Shown here: in pieces, positions 38,578 to 49,274 of the stretch
Layout: every line of letters begins with the position of its first letter
How positions within the stretch are numbered: position 1 is the stretch's first letter
Program-made: the position numbers and the translations under genes
Assembly (NCBI GenBank): GCA_964603725.1
Contig: CAZRWW010000015.1
Coordinates: forward strand, 18,494 to 82,493
From: an uncultured bacterium
GTDB taxonomy: Bacteria > Eisenbacteria > RBG-16-71-46 > CAIMUX01 > WJJG01
DNA length: 64,000 bases
Reading direction: 5' to 3'
The notes under the pieces: model-generated
The model's input: the letters and a program-made list of their open reading frames with translations, nothing else
Told to the model about the DNA's origin: nothing
Databases searched by the model: none

Positions 38578-39603
38578 ATGCCTGAGCTCCACGAGGCCCG
38601 CTGGTGGCGCCCCGACCCCGAGCGGCCGGGTGTCGCGAACTGCGGCCTGTGCCCGCGGGCGTGCCGCCTCAGTGACGGCCAGACCGGTTTCTGCGGCGTG
38701 CGCCGCAATGTCGGCGGACGCCTGCGCGCTCTGACCTATGGGTATCCGTCCAGCCTGGCGACCGATCCGATCGAGAAGAAGCCGCTCTTTCACTTTCTGC
38801 CGAGCACGCCAGTGCTGAGCTTCGGCACGGCCGGCTGCACGCTCGGCTGTCGCTTCTGCCAGAACTGGACGCTCAGCCGGGGCGACATCGAGCGCCTGCG
38901 CGGCCGCTTCGTCGCACCGGAGCAGATCGTGGAGCTGGCCGTGCGCGAGCAGTCGCCGGCGATCGCCTACACGTACAACGAGCCCACCGTCTTCGCCGAG
39001 TACATGCTGGCGGTGAGCGCCCTGGCGCGCGCGCGCGGCATCCGCAACGTCGCGGTCACCAACGGCTACGTGACGGCCGAGGCGCGGAGCGAGGTGTTCG
39101 GCCTGCTGGATGCGGCCAACGTCGATCTCAAGGGCTTCAGCGAGGACTTCTACGCCCAGCAGGCCCAGGCCCATCTCGCGCCGGTGCTCGAATCGCTGCG
39201 CTGGATCGCCCGGGAAACGAGCATCTGGCTCGAGATCACCACGCTGCTCATTCCCGGATTGAACGACGGCGACGATCTGATCGCCGCCGAGTGCGAGTGG
39301 ATCCGCGCTAACCTGGGCGCGGACGTTCCGCTGCATCTGACCGCCTTTCACCCCGCTCACCAGATGACCGACCGCCCGCGCACGCCGGTCGAAACCCTCG
39401 TCCGCGCGCGCCGCCTCGCGCGGGAGAAGGGCCTGCGGTTCGTCTACGTGGGCAACGTGGCCGAGGCCGACGCGCAGAGCACCTGCTGCCCGGCCTGCGG
39501 CGCCCTGCTCATCCGGCGGACCTGGCATGTCGTCGAAGAGCTGGGGCTGGAAGGCGGCCGTTGCCGGGCGTGCTCGGCGCCGGTGGCGGGGGTGTTCGGC
39601 TGA
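38578..39603 (+). CDS. AmmeMemoRadiSam-system-type radical SAM enzyme (PFL-activase-like)
   Basis: Family-characteristic N-terminus CGLCPRACRLSDGQTGFCGVR. DPIEKKPLFHF. Radical SAM cluster CTLGCRFCQNW. Starts 6 nt after the HD gene. Confidence 0.85.
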   Translation: MPELHEARWWRPDPERPGVANCGLCPRACRLSDGQTGFCGVRRNVGGRLRALTYGYPSSLATDPIEKKPLFHFLPSTPVLSFGTAGCTLGCRFCQNWTLSRGDIERLRGRFVAPEQIVELAVREQSPAIAYTYNEPTVFAEYMLAVSALARARGIRNVAVTNGYVTAEARSEVFGLLDAANVDLKGFSEDFYAQQAQAHLAPVLESLRWIARETSIWLEITTLLIPGLNDGDDLIAAECEWIRANLGADVPLHLTAFHPAHQMTDRPRTPVETLVRARRLAREKGLRFVYVGNVAEADAQSTCCPACGALLIRRTWHVVEELGLEGGRCRACSAPVAGVFG

Positions 39604-39653
39604 GCCGCCCGGCGCTCCGGACGCGGGCGGCACAACCGGAGGAGGACAGGCGC

Positions 39654-40058
39654 GTGATTGAGACGCTCACGATCAAGACCGGGGCGCACGAGCAGCTCCT
39701 CGATGTCACCGATCGGGTCCAGGCGGTTCTGCAGGCCGCGGGCATCGCGGCGGGCGTGGTCTGGCTGTACGTGCCGCACACGACGGCGGCGGTCACGATC
39801 AACGAAAACGCCGATCCGACCGTGGTTCACGACGTCCTGGCCGACCTCGACCGGCTCGTGCCCTGGCGGCAGGGTTACTATCGCCACACGGAGGGCAACA
39901 GCGCCGCCCACCTGAAGTCGAGCCTGATCGGGTGCGACCAGAGCGTGCCGTTCGAGAACGGCCGGTTGTCCCTGGGCACCTGGCAGGGGATCTACTTCTG
40001 CGAATTCGACGGCCCGCGCACGCGCAAGCTGCTCGTCAAAGTCATGGGGAGCGCGTGA
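39654..40058 (+). CDS. YjbQ family (UPF0047, secondary thiamine-phosphate synthase-like) protein
   Basis: GTG start after ggaggagg. LTIKTGAHEQLLDVTDRVQ...HTTAAVTINENADP...GNSAAHLKSSLIG...IYFCEFDGPR. Confidence 0.8.
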   Translation: MIETLTIKTGAHEQLLDVTDRVQAVLQAAGIAAGVVWLYVPHTTAAVTINENADPTVVHDVLADLDRLVPWRQGYYRHTEGNSAAHLKSSLIGCDQSVPFENGRLSLGTWQGIYFCEFDGPRTRKLLVKVMGSA

Positions 40059-40106
40059 TGGTCGCCGCACGCTGCGGGCGCCGCTGCGCACGGGAATGAG
40101 CGGCCA

Positions 40107-42674
40107 GTGGACGGGCGCTTCTACAAGGGATTTCCGCGACAGCCGGATCGCTTCTGCATCACCGACGTGGGCAGCACGACCACGAAGGCGCTGCTCTTCC
40201 GCCGCGCCACCGGCTGGCGGTTCGATCGCCGCGAGGCGCCCACCACGGTCGAGCGTCCCCAGGAGGACGTGACGATCGGCGTCACCCGGGCGCTGCGGGC
40301 CCTGGAGAATGCGACCGGGGAATCGCTGCTGGCGCAGGATCGTCCGGCGGTGCCCTATCTGTCGACCTCCTCGGCCGGCGGCGGACTGGCGATGGTCGTC
40401 ACCGGCCTGGTGCGCGAGGTGACCAGCCGCAGCGCCGAGCGCGTCGCGCTCGGGGGCGGCGCCATCCTGCTCGACGTGATCGCGCTGGACGATGGGCGCA
40501 CGCCCTACGAGAAGATCGAGGCGCTGGCCCGGTTGCGACCCGACATGGTGCTGCTGGCCGGCGGCTTCGACGGCGACGCGCTCTCGGGTCCGGCGTTCCT
40601 GGCCGAGCTGGTCCGCGAAGCCGGCCTGCGCCCGAAGCTCAGCCCCACAAAGGCGCTGCCGGTCATCTACGCCGGCAATGTCCACGCCCGCGACTTCGTC
40701 CGCGCGACGCTGGGCGCCGAGTACCTGTTCCATCCCGTTCCGAACATCCGCCCGGCGGCGGATCGCGAGGACCTCGACCCGGCCCGGGCCGCGATCCACG
40801 AGATCTTCATGGATCACGTCATGTCCCAGGCGCCCGGCTACGAGCGGCTGACCGAGTGGGTCGATCGGCCGATCCTGCCCACGCCGGCCGCGTTTGCCCG
40901 GATCCTCGAGCATGCCTCGGCGCGACTGGGCTTGCGGATCCTGGCGGTCGACATCGGCGGCGCGACGACCGACGTCTTCACTGCCGGCGAGGGACGGGTC
41001 TGGCGCACGGTCAGCGCCAATCTGGGGATGAGCTACAGCATTCTCAACGTGGCCCGCACGGCCGGCATCGACGCCATCGTCGGCGCGCTCGAGGAGCCCC
41101 TGAGCGCGCGCGAGGTCTGGGACCTGATCGGCGAGAAGCTGGTCGCGCCGACGGCGCTGCCCGCCAGCCGGGAGGCGGCGCAGATGGAGCGCGCCGTGGC
41201 GGTGGTCGCCGTGCGGGAAGCGGTCAAGGAGCACCTCGACGTGCTGCGCGGCGTGTCGCTGAGCCGCTCGCACGCGGAGCTGCGCATCAGCCGCGACTTC
41301 GTTCAGACCGTCGCGCGCAAGTCGCTCCGCCGGGAAGAGCTGGCGTTGCGGGGCTACGATCTCGTGATCGGCAGCGGGGGCATCCTGTCGCATTCGCCGC
41401 GCGAGGTGGCCGCGCGCATCCTGCTGGCGGCGCTGCGGCCGGAGAAATCCGTCGAGCTGGCCGTGGACAGCGCGTTCATGTTCCCGCACCTGGGCGCGCT
41501 CTCCGAAGCGGCGCCCGACCTGGCGGTGCGCCTGCTCGAGGAGGTCGGGCTCGTGCGGCTGGGTCGCGCGGGGGAACTGGCGCGCTCCGCCCGCGCGGTG
41601 CCGGGAGGCGGGCCGCCCGCGCGCGACGACGCGCGCGACGACGCGCGGGCGGCGGCCGCGGCGGGTGGCGATCGGGTTCGCCGCGGCGCCCTCGAGCTGG
41701 CCCGCGAGCTGGCGGCACCGGGCGAGGTCTTCGTCCGCGTGGGCGAGCGGGTCGGCTCCGAAACGCTTGTCGCGCGCAGCAGCCGCGAGTTCCTGCGGCC
41801 TTTCTTCCTCGATGTGGCCGGCGCGCTGCGGGTCGCGCCGCACGAGGCGGCCGCCTGCCTGCTCAAGCGCGTCGGCGACGAGCTGGCCGAGGGCGAGGTC
41901 ATCGCCCGCCACAGGGCCGGGCCGCTGCGCACGCGCTCGTACAATGCTCCCGTGGCGGGCCGCATCGAGCGCATCCTGCCCACGGGGGTTCTCGTCGTGC
42001 GCGAACGGCCCGAGGAGGCGCGCCAGCTCGTGGCGGTGCACGTGGCCCGCCACCTCATGGTGCACGCTGAGCAGATTCGCCCGCATCTGCGCGTGGCGGC
42101 CGGCCAGCCGGTGGAGCGCGGGCAGTGGCTGGCGGCCATCCTGCGCAGCGGCGAGCTGCGCCCCTGCCCGTCGCCGGTGCGCGGGCGCATTCGGCAGATC
42201 GATCTGGGCCACGGCATCGTCACGATCGAGCCCCTGCGCGAGGAGCTGGAAGTGCGGGCCTGGCTGCCCGGACGCGTGATCGCCGTGACTTCGCGCGGAT
42301 GCCGCGTGACGGCCGGGGCGACCGCCATCGACGGCACGTGGGGGCGTGGCGGCGAGGCGGCCGGATTGTTGGCGCTGGGCGAGGCCTCGCCCGGAGCGGT
42401 CGTGGTGCGCGATCGCCTGACGGCGGATGAGATCAGTCGCCTGGCGGCGGCCGGCGCGGCCGGGGTGATCGCGGGCAGCGTGCATCTGGCGGACGTGATC
42501 GATCGGGAGCTGCCCTGCACGCTGGTGGTCACGGAGGGCTTTGGCGAGGTGGCGATGGCGGCGGAGATCCGCGCCAGCCTCACGGCGCACGAAGGGCGCC
42601 TGACGCTCGTGGACGGCACCACGGTTCTGCGCGTGGGCGTGCGGCGGCCGCGCGTGATTCTGGCAGAGGAGTGA
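40107..42674 (+). CDS. GlmL/MutL-like (glutamate mutase accessory protein family) N-terminal domain protein with long C-terminal extension
   Basis: N-terminal signature FCITDVGSTTTKALLF and DIGGATTDVF typical of the GlmL family. About 400 extra C-terminal residues of unknown function. Confidence 0.55.
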   Translation: MDGRFYKGFPRQPDRFCITDVGSTTTKALLFRRATGWRFDRREAPTTVERPQEDVTIGVTRALRALENATGESLLAQDRPAVPYLSTSSAGGGLAMVVTGLVREVTSRSAERVALGGGAILLDVIALDDGRTPYEKIEALARLRPDMVLLAGGFDGDALSGPAFLAELVREAGLRPKLSPTKALPVIYAGNVHARDFVRATLGAEYLFHPVPNIRPAADREDLDPARAAIHEIFMDHVMSQAPGYERLTEWVDRPILPTPAAFARILEHASARLGLRILAVDIGGATTDVFTAGEGRVWRTVSANLGMSYSILNVARTAGIDAIVGALEEPLSAREVWDLIGEKLVAPTALPASREAAQMERAVAVVAVREAVKEHLDVLRGVSLSRSHAELRISRDFVQTVARKSLRREELALRGYDLVIGSGGILSHSPREVAARILLAALRPEKSVELAVDSAFMFPHLGALSEAAPDLAVRLLEEVGLVRLGRAGELARSARAVPGGGPPARDDARDDARAAAAAGGDRVRRGALELARELAAPGEVFVRVGERVGSETLVARSSREFLRPFFLDVAGALRVAPHEAAACLLKRVGDELAEGEVIARHRAGPLRTRSYNAPVAGRIERILPTGVLVVRERPEEARQLVAVHVARHLMVHAEQIRPHLRVAAGQPVERGQWLAAILRSGELRPCPSPVRGRIRQIDLGHGIVTIEPLREELEVRAWLPGRVIAVTSRGCRVTAGATAIDGTWGRGGEAAGLLALGEASPGAVVVRDRLTADEISRLAAAGAAGVIAGSVHLADVIDRELPCTLVVTEGFGEVAMAAEIRASLTAHEGRLTLVDGTTVLRVGVRRPRVILAEE

Positions 42675-42678
42675 GCGC

Positions 42679-43935
42679 GTGCCGGCGGAGCATCCCATCC
42701 GCATCGATCCGACCATGGCGCGCCGCCTGGCGATCGTCCGTCAGGGGCTCGCGGGTCCGCCCCGCGATCCGGCGGCGGTCGACGCGAGCGCCGTGCTGGC
42801 GCTCGCGCGCGACCTGGGGTGCTTGCAGATCGATCCCATCAGCGTCGTCGCCCCTTCGCACCGGCTGGTGCTCTGGAGTTGCCTCGGGCGCTTCGATGCC
42901 GCGCTCATCGAGGACCTGCGCTGGCGCGAGCGCAGCCTGTTCGACTACTGGGCCCACGAGGCCTCGATCGTGTTGGTGGACGACTACCCGATCCACCGCT
43001 GGTGGATGCGCCGGCGAGGCACCCCGGCGTGGCCATGGCGGCCGTCATACCAGCAGTGGCTGGACGCGAACCAACCGCTGCGGCGGCGAGTCCTCAGGGA
43101 GCTCCGCCGTCACGGGCCCCTCACGGCCCGCGACCTGTCCGCCGAATCGCCGCCCCAAGATCGCCGGTCGGGGTGGGGATCCGGACACGCCGCGCAGTGG
43201 ATGCTCTACGACCTGTGGCACAAGGGGCTGGTGTTGGTGGCCGGTCGCGCGGGCGGCGGTCGCACGTGGGACCTGGCCGAGCGCGTGTTGCCCGTCTGGA
43301 CGCCGCGCGAGCGGCTGAGCGGTCGCGAGGTCGCGCGACGCTCGGCCGAGCGGGCGCTGCGCGCGCTGGGCGTGGCCCGGCCCGAGCACGTCCGCGAGCA
43401 CTTCACGCGCCGGCGCCATCCGGAGCTCGAGAGAACGCTGGCCGACCTTTGCGCGGAAGGGCGCATCCTACCCGTGGAGATCCGCGAGGGGCAGCGGGCC
43501 TGGCCGGGAAGCTGGTGCGTGCACCGGGACGATCTGGCGCTCCTCGACCGGCTCGCGGCCGGGCGCTGGGAGCCGCGCACGACGCTCCTGTCGCCCTTCG
43601 ACAACCTGGTGTGCGATCGCAAGCGCGGGCGCCAGCTCTTCGGCTTCGACTTCGCCGTCGAGATCTACAAGCCGGCCGCGCAGCGCCGGTTCGGATACTA
43701 CGCGCTGCCGATCCTGCACGGGGATCGCCTGATCGGGCGCGCCGATCTGGCGGTCGACCGCGGGAGCGGGCGTCTCGAGGTCAAGGCGATCCAGGCCGAG
43801 TGCGACGCGCCCGGCACGCGCGCGGCCGCGCGGGCGATCGCGGGCGCCATTCGCGACCTGGCCGCCTTCGCCGGCGCGCGGGACGTCGCCTACGGACCCC
43901 GGATGCCCGCCGTGTGGAAGGCGCACCTGCGCTGA
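42679..43935 (+). CDS. winged-helix DNA-binding protein, YcaQ/AlkZ-like (DUF1006) putative DNA glycosylase
   Basis: RLAIVRQGL...LGCLQIDPISVVAPSHRLVLWSCLGRF...LFDYWAHEASIV and C-terminal FDFAVEIYKPAAQRRFGYYALPIL match the YcaQ family layout. Confidence 0.65.
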   Translation: MPAEHPIRIDPTMARRLAIVRQGLAGPPRDPAAVDASAVLALARDLGCLQIDPISVVAPSHRLVLWSCLGRFDAALIEDLRWRERSLFDYWAHEASIVLVDDYPIHRWWMRRRGTPAWPWRPSYQQWLDANQPLRRRVLRELRRHGPLTARDLSAESPPQDRRSGWGSGHAAQWMLYDLWHKGLVLVAGRAGGGRTWDLAERVLPVWTPRERLSGREVARRSAERALRALGVARPEHVREHFTRRRHPELERTLADLCAEGRILPVEIREGQRAWPGSWCVHRDDLALLDRLAAGRWEPRTTLLSPFDNLVCDRKRGRQLFGFDFAVEIYKPAAQRRFGYYALPILHGDRLIGRADLAVDRGSGRLEVKAIQAECDAPGTRAAARAIAGAIRDLAAFAGARDVAYGPRMPAVWKAHLR

Positions 43936-44214
43936 GCTCGGACGCCTGCGCCGAGGCGGGATCGCGGTCGCGGTGGTGCGCTGGCCCGTGGACACGATCG
44001 CACGCGCGGGCACCGGCGCAGGCCGCGGCAACTGGCGGAACCGCGCTCGTGGCCGGGACGGAAAAACGGCGCGGGACCCGCAGGGGGGCCCCGCGCCGGC
44101 GGAAGGTCGGGTGGCACGCACCGTTACCGGCCAGGGTCCGTCGAGCACGGCGCCCTTCGCCGTGCCACAACGCAGCGCCGTGCCACCCGCACACCGTGAG
44201 CTGTCGGCCTGCGA

Positions 44215-44499
44215 TCAGAAGTTGACCTTGTAACCGTTCTCCAGGGCGATGGTCCGCAGCACGTGGACCGCCTCCGCGACGTTGTGCGAGACGCGCGCCA
44301 GCTTGCGCGGCGCGCGCGAGATCAGCGAGATGACCGGCGCCGCGCCGGCCGTGAGACCCTCCAGGGGAACCCGCACGAGGTCGCCCGTGTCGGTGAAGAT
44401 GTAGCACCCGGGCCGTTGGATCTGATCCCAGGTGCACTCCTCGAGCCCGCCCGTCCATCCGAATCCGCGCGGCGGCTGCGAGCGCTCAGGCGGCGTCAC
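44215..44499 (-). CDS. small hypothetical protein (94 aa), possible
   Basis: GTG at 44499 preceded by GAGGAG at 6-nt spacing. Ends ...ALENGYKVNF. It lies in the tail of an artefactual long ORF, so the call is tentative. Confidence 0.3.
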   Translation of the reverse strand: MTPPERSQPPRGFGWTGGLEECTWDQIQRPGCYIFTDTGDLVRVPLEGLTAGAAPVISLISRAPRKLARVSHNVAEAVHVLRTIALENGYKVNF

Positions 44500-44585
44500 C
44501 GTACACTCCTCATCTGCGCCCGGGGGGCCGCCGCAGAGATCCGCGGCTGCCGGAGGGGATGGCGGCGGCTCCCGCGGGCCCTCAT

Positions 44586-45830
44586 CTAGCGATAAAGCGA
44601 CTTGATCCTGCCCCAGGTGGCCTCCTGAACAGGCGTTCCAAAGCAGGGGTTGTCGGGAATGGCGCAGGTGCGGCGCGGATGCCAGATGCGTCCCGGCACG
44701 AACGGCTGTTCCGGGGGCATGCCGTTGAGCACCTTGCATTCGGCCTCCCAGACCATCCGGCAAACCGTGTTGATGCAGCACGCGCCCAGGGCGTCGCAAT
44801 GCGCATCGTCGCACGTCGAGTAGCTCTCGTGCCATGTGCCGCCCAGGGCGCTGCACTGCGCCGAGCTCAGGATCTGGCAGCTCTCGTCGGGCAGGCAACA
44901 GACGCGCTCGGCCTGCACCACGCACGGGTTGGGATTGCAGGGCACGCCCTCGCCCTGCCAGATGCCCTGGCCGTGGATCGGGTGAGGCTTGGTCAGGCAC
45001 ACGGCCTCCGAGTAGACATCGCAGCGAATCACCGCCGTGCCCCAGCAGCAGGCGCCCAGGGGGATGCACGGATTGACCGGCGCGCAGAGGGTCTCGCTGG
45101 GTTTCCAGATGCCGCCGGCGGCGGCGCAGTCGGCCTCGGTCTTGATCGTGCAGGCATAGGTGGTCGGGTTGCAGCAGACGCGCTCGGGAGCCGTGTAGAC
45201 CGGATGCACGGCCACGCCGTTGGCGTTGATGCCCAGGCCCCCGCGATTGGCGGTTGTCACGGGATAGAGCTGCGGGGGGTTCTGCATGTTGCTGAACTCG
45301 CAACTGCCCGTGGCCGGCTCGACGCCGATCTGGATGATCGTGGAGCCCTGGCCGGGACCGTAGGCGTATCCCGCGAAGCAGTAGAGCGGAACATAGTTGC
45401 CCGACCAGGATCCCGTCGTTCCCACGCCGACGATCGCCGTGCCCTGATTGGGTCCGGGCCACCCCGACGTCGGCAGCTCGAGCCCGCCCGCGCTCGGGTA
45501 ACAGGGGCCGAAGTAGTAGAAGCTGAACATGGCGGCCGTGTAGTTCGCGAAGCCGAAGGCCACGCCGCGCCATACCTTCGGCTCGTTCCAGGCGCCCAGA
45601 ACGTACCAGACCGCGTTGTCCAGCGGCCCGTTGATGCGCGTCGACTGGTTCTGCGAGCTGGTGATCGCATACGGAGCGTAGGCCGCCGCCCAGTCCGAGA
45701 CATCCGCGCTGTAGGCCAGCCCCTGCACGTAGTGGGTGATCAACACGCCGCCTGAGAGGTCATTGGGGTCCGCCGCGGCGGACAAGGCGCCCGCGAATAG
45801 GGCCAAGAAGAGCACAGTGGTTTGCTTCAT
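44586..45830 (-). CDS. secreted Cys-rich repeat protein (4 x about 40-aa CC-C-C-W-C-(N/D)PC modules)
   Basis: Signal peptide MKQTTVLFLALFAGALSAAA. Four modules such as RVCCNPTTYACTIKTEADCAAAGGIWKPSETLCAPVNPC. Ends EATWGRIKSLYR. A sigma-54 promoter lies upstream. Confidence 0.65.
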   Translation of the reverse strand: MKQTTVLFLALFAGALSAAADPNDLSGGVLITHYVQGLAYSADVSDWAAAYAPYAITSSQNQSTRINGPLDNAVWYVLGAWNEPKVWRGVAFGFANYTAAMFSFYYFGPCYPSAGGLELPTSGWPGPNQGTAIVGVGTTGSWSGNYVPLYCFAGYAYGPGQGSTIIQIGVEPATGSCEFSNMQNPPQLYPVTTANRGGLGINANGVAVHPVYTAPERVCCNPTTYACTIKTEADCAAAGGIWKPSETLCAPVNPCIPLGACCWGTAVIRCDVYSEAVCLTKPHPIHGQGIWQGEGVPCNPNPCVVQAERVCCLPDESCQILSSAQCSALGGTWHESYSTCDDAHCDALGACCINTVCRMVWEAECKVLNGMPPEQPFVPGRIWHPRRTCAIPDNPCFGTPVQEATWGRIKSLYR

Positions 45831-46007
45831 GTCCGTAGCCTCCTCCCGCACGAATCCGCTGTGCGGTGCCGGGACCCGCGCCCCGCTCGCGCGCCGGGAC
45901 GCCGGGGAGCCCCTGGAGCACTCCGCGTGGCGACCGGCACTGCGACCTGCTTCTGCCGCGGCAACCGGCCGCCACGCGAGTGAGGGAAGCCGTGCTGGAA
46001 CGGAATC

Positions 46008-46023
46008 AGCAAGGAGAGTGCCA
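46008..46023 (-). promoter_or_regulatory. sigma-54 promoter (minus strand TGGCAC-tctcc-TTGCT, canonical -24/-12 spacing)
   Basis: The reverse complement of 46008..46023 is TGGCACTCTCCTTGCT. About 165 nt upstream of ATG 45830 and immediately downstream of the NtrC-type activator gene. Confidence 0.55.
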
Positions 46024-46179
46024 GGGCGGTCGATCGCGTATTGGCTTGTAATGGATTATGTTGCGACGTTCACCCGGCGGGGGCGACCGGGGCGTGGCGC
46101 CCGGGGGTTCCGCCGCTGAGGGGGCGCGCGGCCGGAATCCAGCGTCCCGGGAGCGAGTTGCGGGCGGTGGGGCAGAACG

Positions 46180-47572
<1,393 letters not shown>

Positions 47573-47580
<8 letters not shown>

Positions 47581-49171
47581 GGTTCCTCTCCCCGGGCGCC
47601 AGGGATCCTGACACCTGTTCGCCCACGACTTCTTCACCCGGCCGCCCGTGATCCCGCTCCCCGGCTGTTCGGGCGTCGACCGGAAGGTGCACGGTGACGC
47701 GCGTGCCCCGATTCACCTCGCTGGCGACGTCGATCCAGCCGCCGTGCTCCCGGACGATTCCGTAGGCGATCGAGAGTCCCAGGCCCGATCCTTCGCCGAC
47801 ACCCTTCGTCGTGAAGAAGGGATCGAAGATCTGGGCGAGCGCGTCGGGCGCGATGCCGTGGCCGGTGTCGCTGAAGAGCACGGAGGCGTACTCGCTGGCG
47901 GGGTCAGCGGGGCGCAGGGGGCTCTGGCGACTGGCGGTCGAAACCGCGATCTCCAGCCGCCCGCCCGCGGACATGGCTTCGACGGCGTTGAGACACAGGT
48001 TGAGGAAGACCTGGCTGAGCTGATCGCGATCGGCGTAGATCCAGGGCAAGGACTCGGGGAGCTCCAGGCGCACGGCGACTCCCCGGCGCTCGAAGCGCGG
48101 GTCGAGGAACTCGATGACGCTGTGCAGCACGCGCGCCAGGTCGACCGGCTGGAGCTGCGGCGTGCGGGCCCGGGCGAAGTCGAGCATGCCGTGCACCGTG
48201 CGCGCGATGCGATCGATCTGCCCGAGGATGCTCTGCAGATTGCGCTCAGCCGCCTCGTCCATCGGCAGCTTGCGCTGCAGCGCCTCGACGCGCCCACTGA
48301 TGACGTTGAGGGGCGTGCCGATCTCGTGGGCCAGGCCCGCGGAGATCCGCCCCAGACTGGCCAGCCCCTGCGACAGGCGCATCGCCTTCTCGGCTCGGCG
48401 GCGCAAGTCCTGCTCGGCCAGCACGGCGCGCTCGGCCTCGGCCAGACGCTCCGCCATGGCGTTGAACTCCTGCGCCAGGCGTCCGAGCTCATCGCGGGAG
48501 CGGAAGGGGACGCGCGCACTCAGGTCGCCGGCCCCCACCTGGCGGAAGCTCCGCACCAACATCCGGGTGGGTCGGCTCAGGTAGAAGTAGCTGATCAAGG
48601 AGATCGTCAGCGCGACCGCCAGGGCCATGGCCAGCGTCAGCAGCAGGATCGACCGCCGCGACGCGCGGGCTTCATCGTCCATGAAGGCGGCGAGCTGCAG
48701 CACCTGCAGCGCGCCGAAGCGCGCGCCGGATGGACTGGTCAGGGGGGCGAGAAACGAGATCGTCGACTGACCGTCGATCCTGCGCTCGGACTGGTCGGTC
48801 GCGCCCTCGCGCAGCACGCGGCCGAGGGCCTCGCCGAAGACGAACGGCTGATCAGCGAGGCTCGCGGACTGGTAGATCAGCCGTCCGGCGGCGTCGAAGA
48901 CCCGCACCCCCAGGATGCGCTCGTAGAGCGTCACGTTGTCGATCAGCTCGCGCACGTCCTGCAAGTCGCGGTTGCGGAAGTAGTCTTCCATGGCGAGCTG
49001 GAGCGTCCGGGCCACCGAGCGACCCTCGAGCACGAGCTCGGCGTGGAGCGCCCGCCGGGTGCGGCGGTCGTCGATGTACCCGAAGACGGCCATCAAGAGC
49101 ACGAGCGGCACGACCAGCAGCAGGGTCATCTTGGCGCCGATGTTCACCCGATTCCTCCCTGGAGCGCGCAT
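47573..49171 (-). CDS. sensor histidine kinase (HAMP + HisKA + HATPase)
   Basis: Two TM segments flanking a periplasmic domain, then a HAMP domain. H-box LGRISAGLAHEIGTPLN. N, G1 and G2 boxes (LCLNAVEAM, DTGHGI, GSGLGLSIA). The stop overlaps the regulator start. Confidence 0.85.
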
Positions 49172-49274
49172 CGCTGCCCACGCCGCCGCGGGCGGACCCG
49201 CGCACCGGTCGCCCGCGCCGCCGCCGGCGACCCCGCGAGCCCGGCCGGCCGCGGCAGCGGGGGCCCCGGGCAGC

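Noticed and set aside
44215-45573. Single 452-aa minus-strand gene 44215..45573.
   Set aside because: Over 44586..45573 it is a different frame of the better-supported Cys-rich gene, whose frame has a signal peptide and repeated modules. Only its last 94 codons (44215..44499) have a plausible RBS and start, and they are kept as a tentative small CDS.
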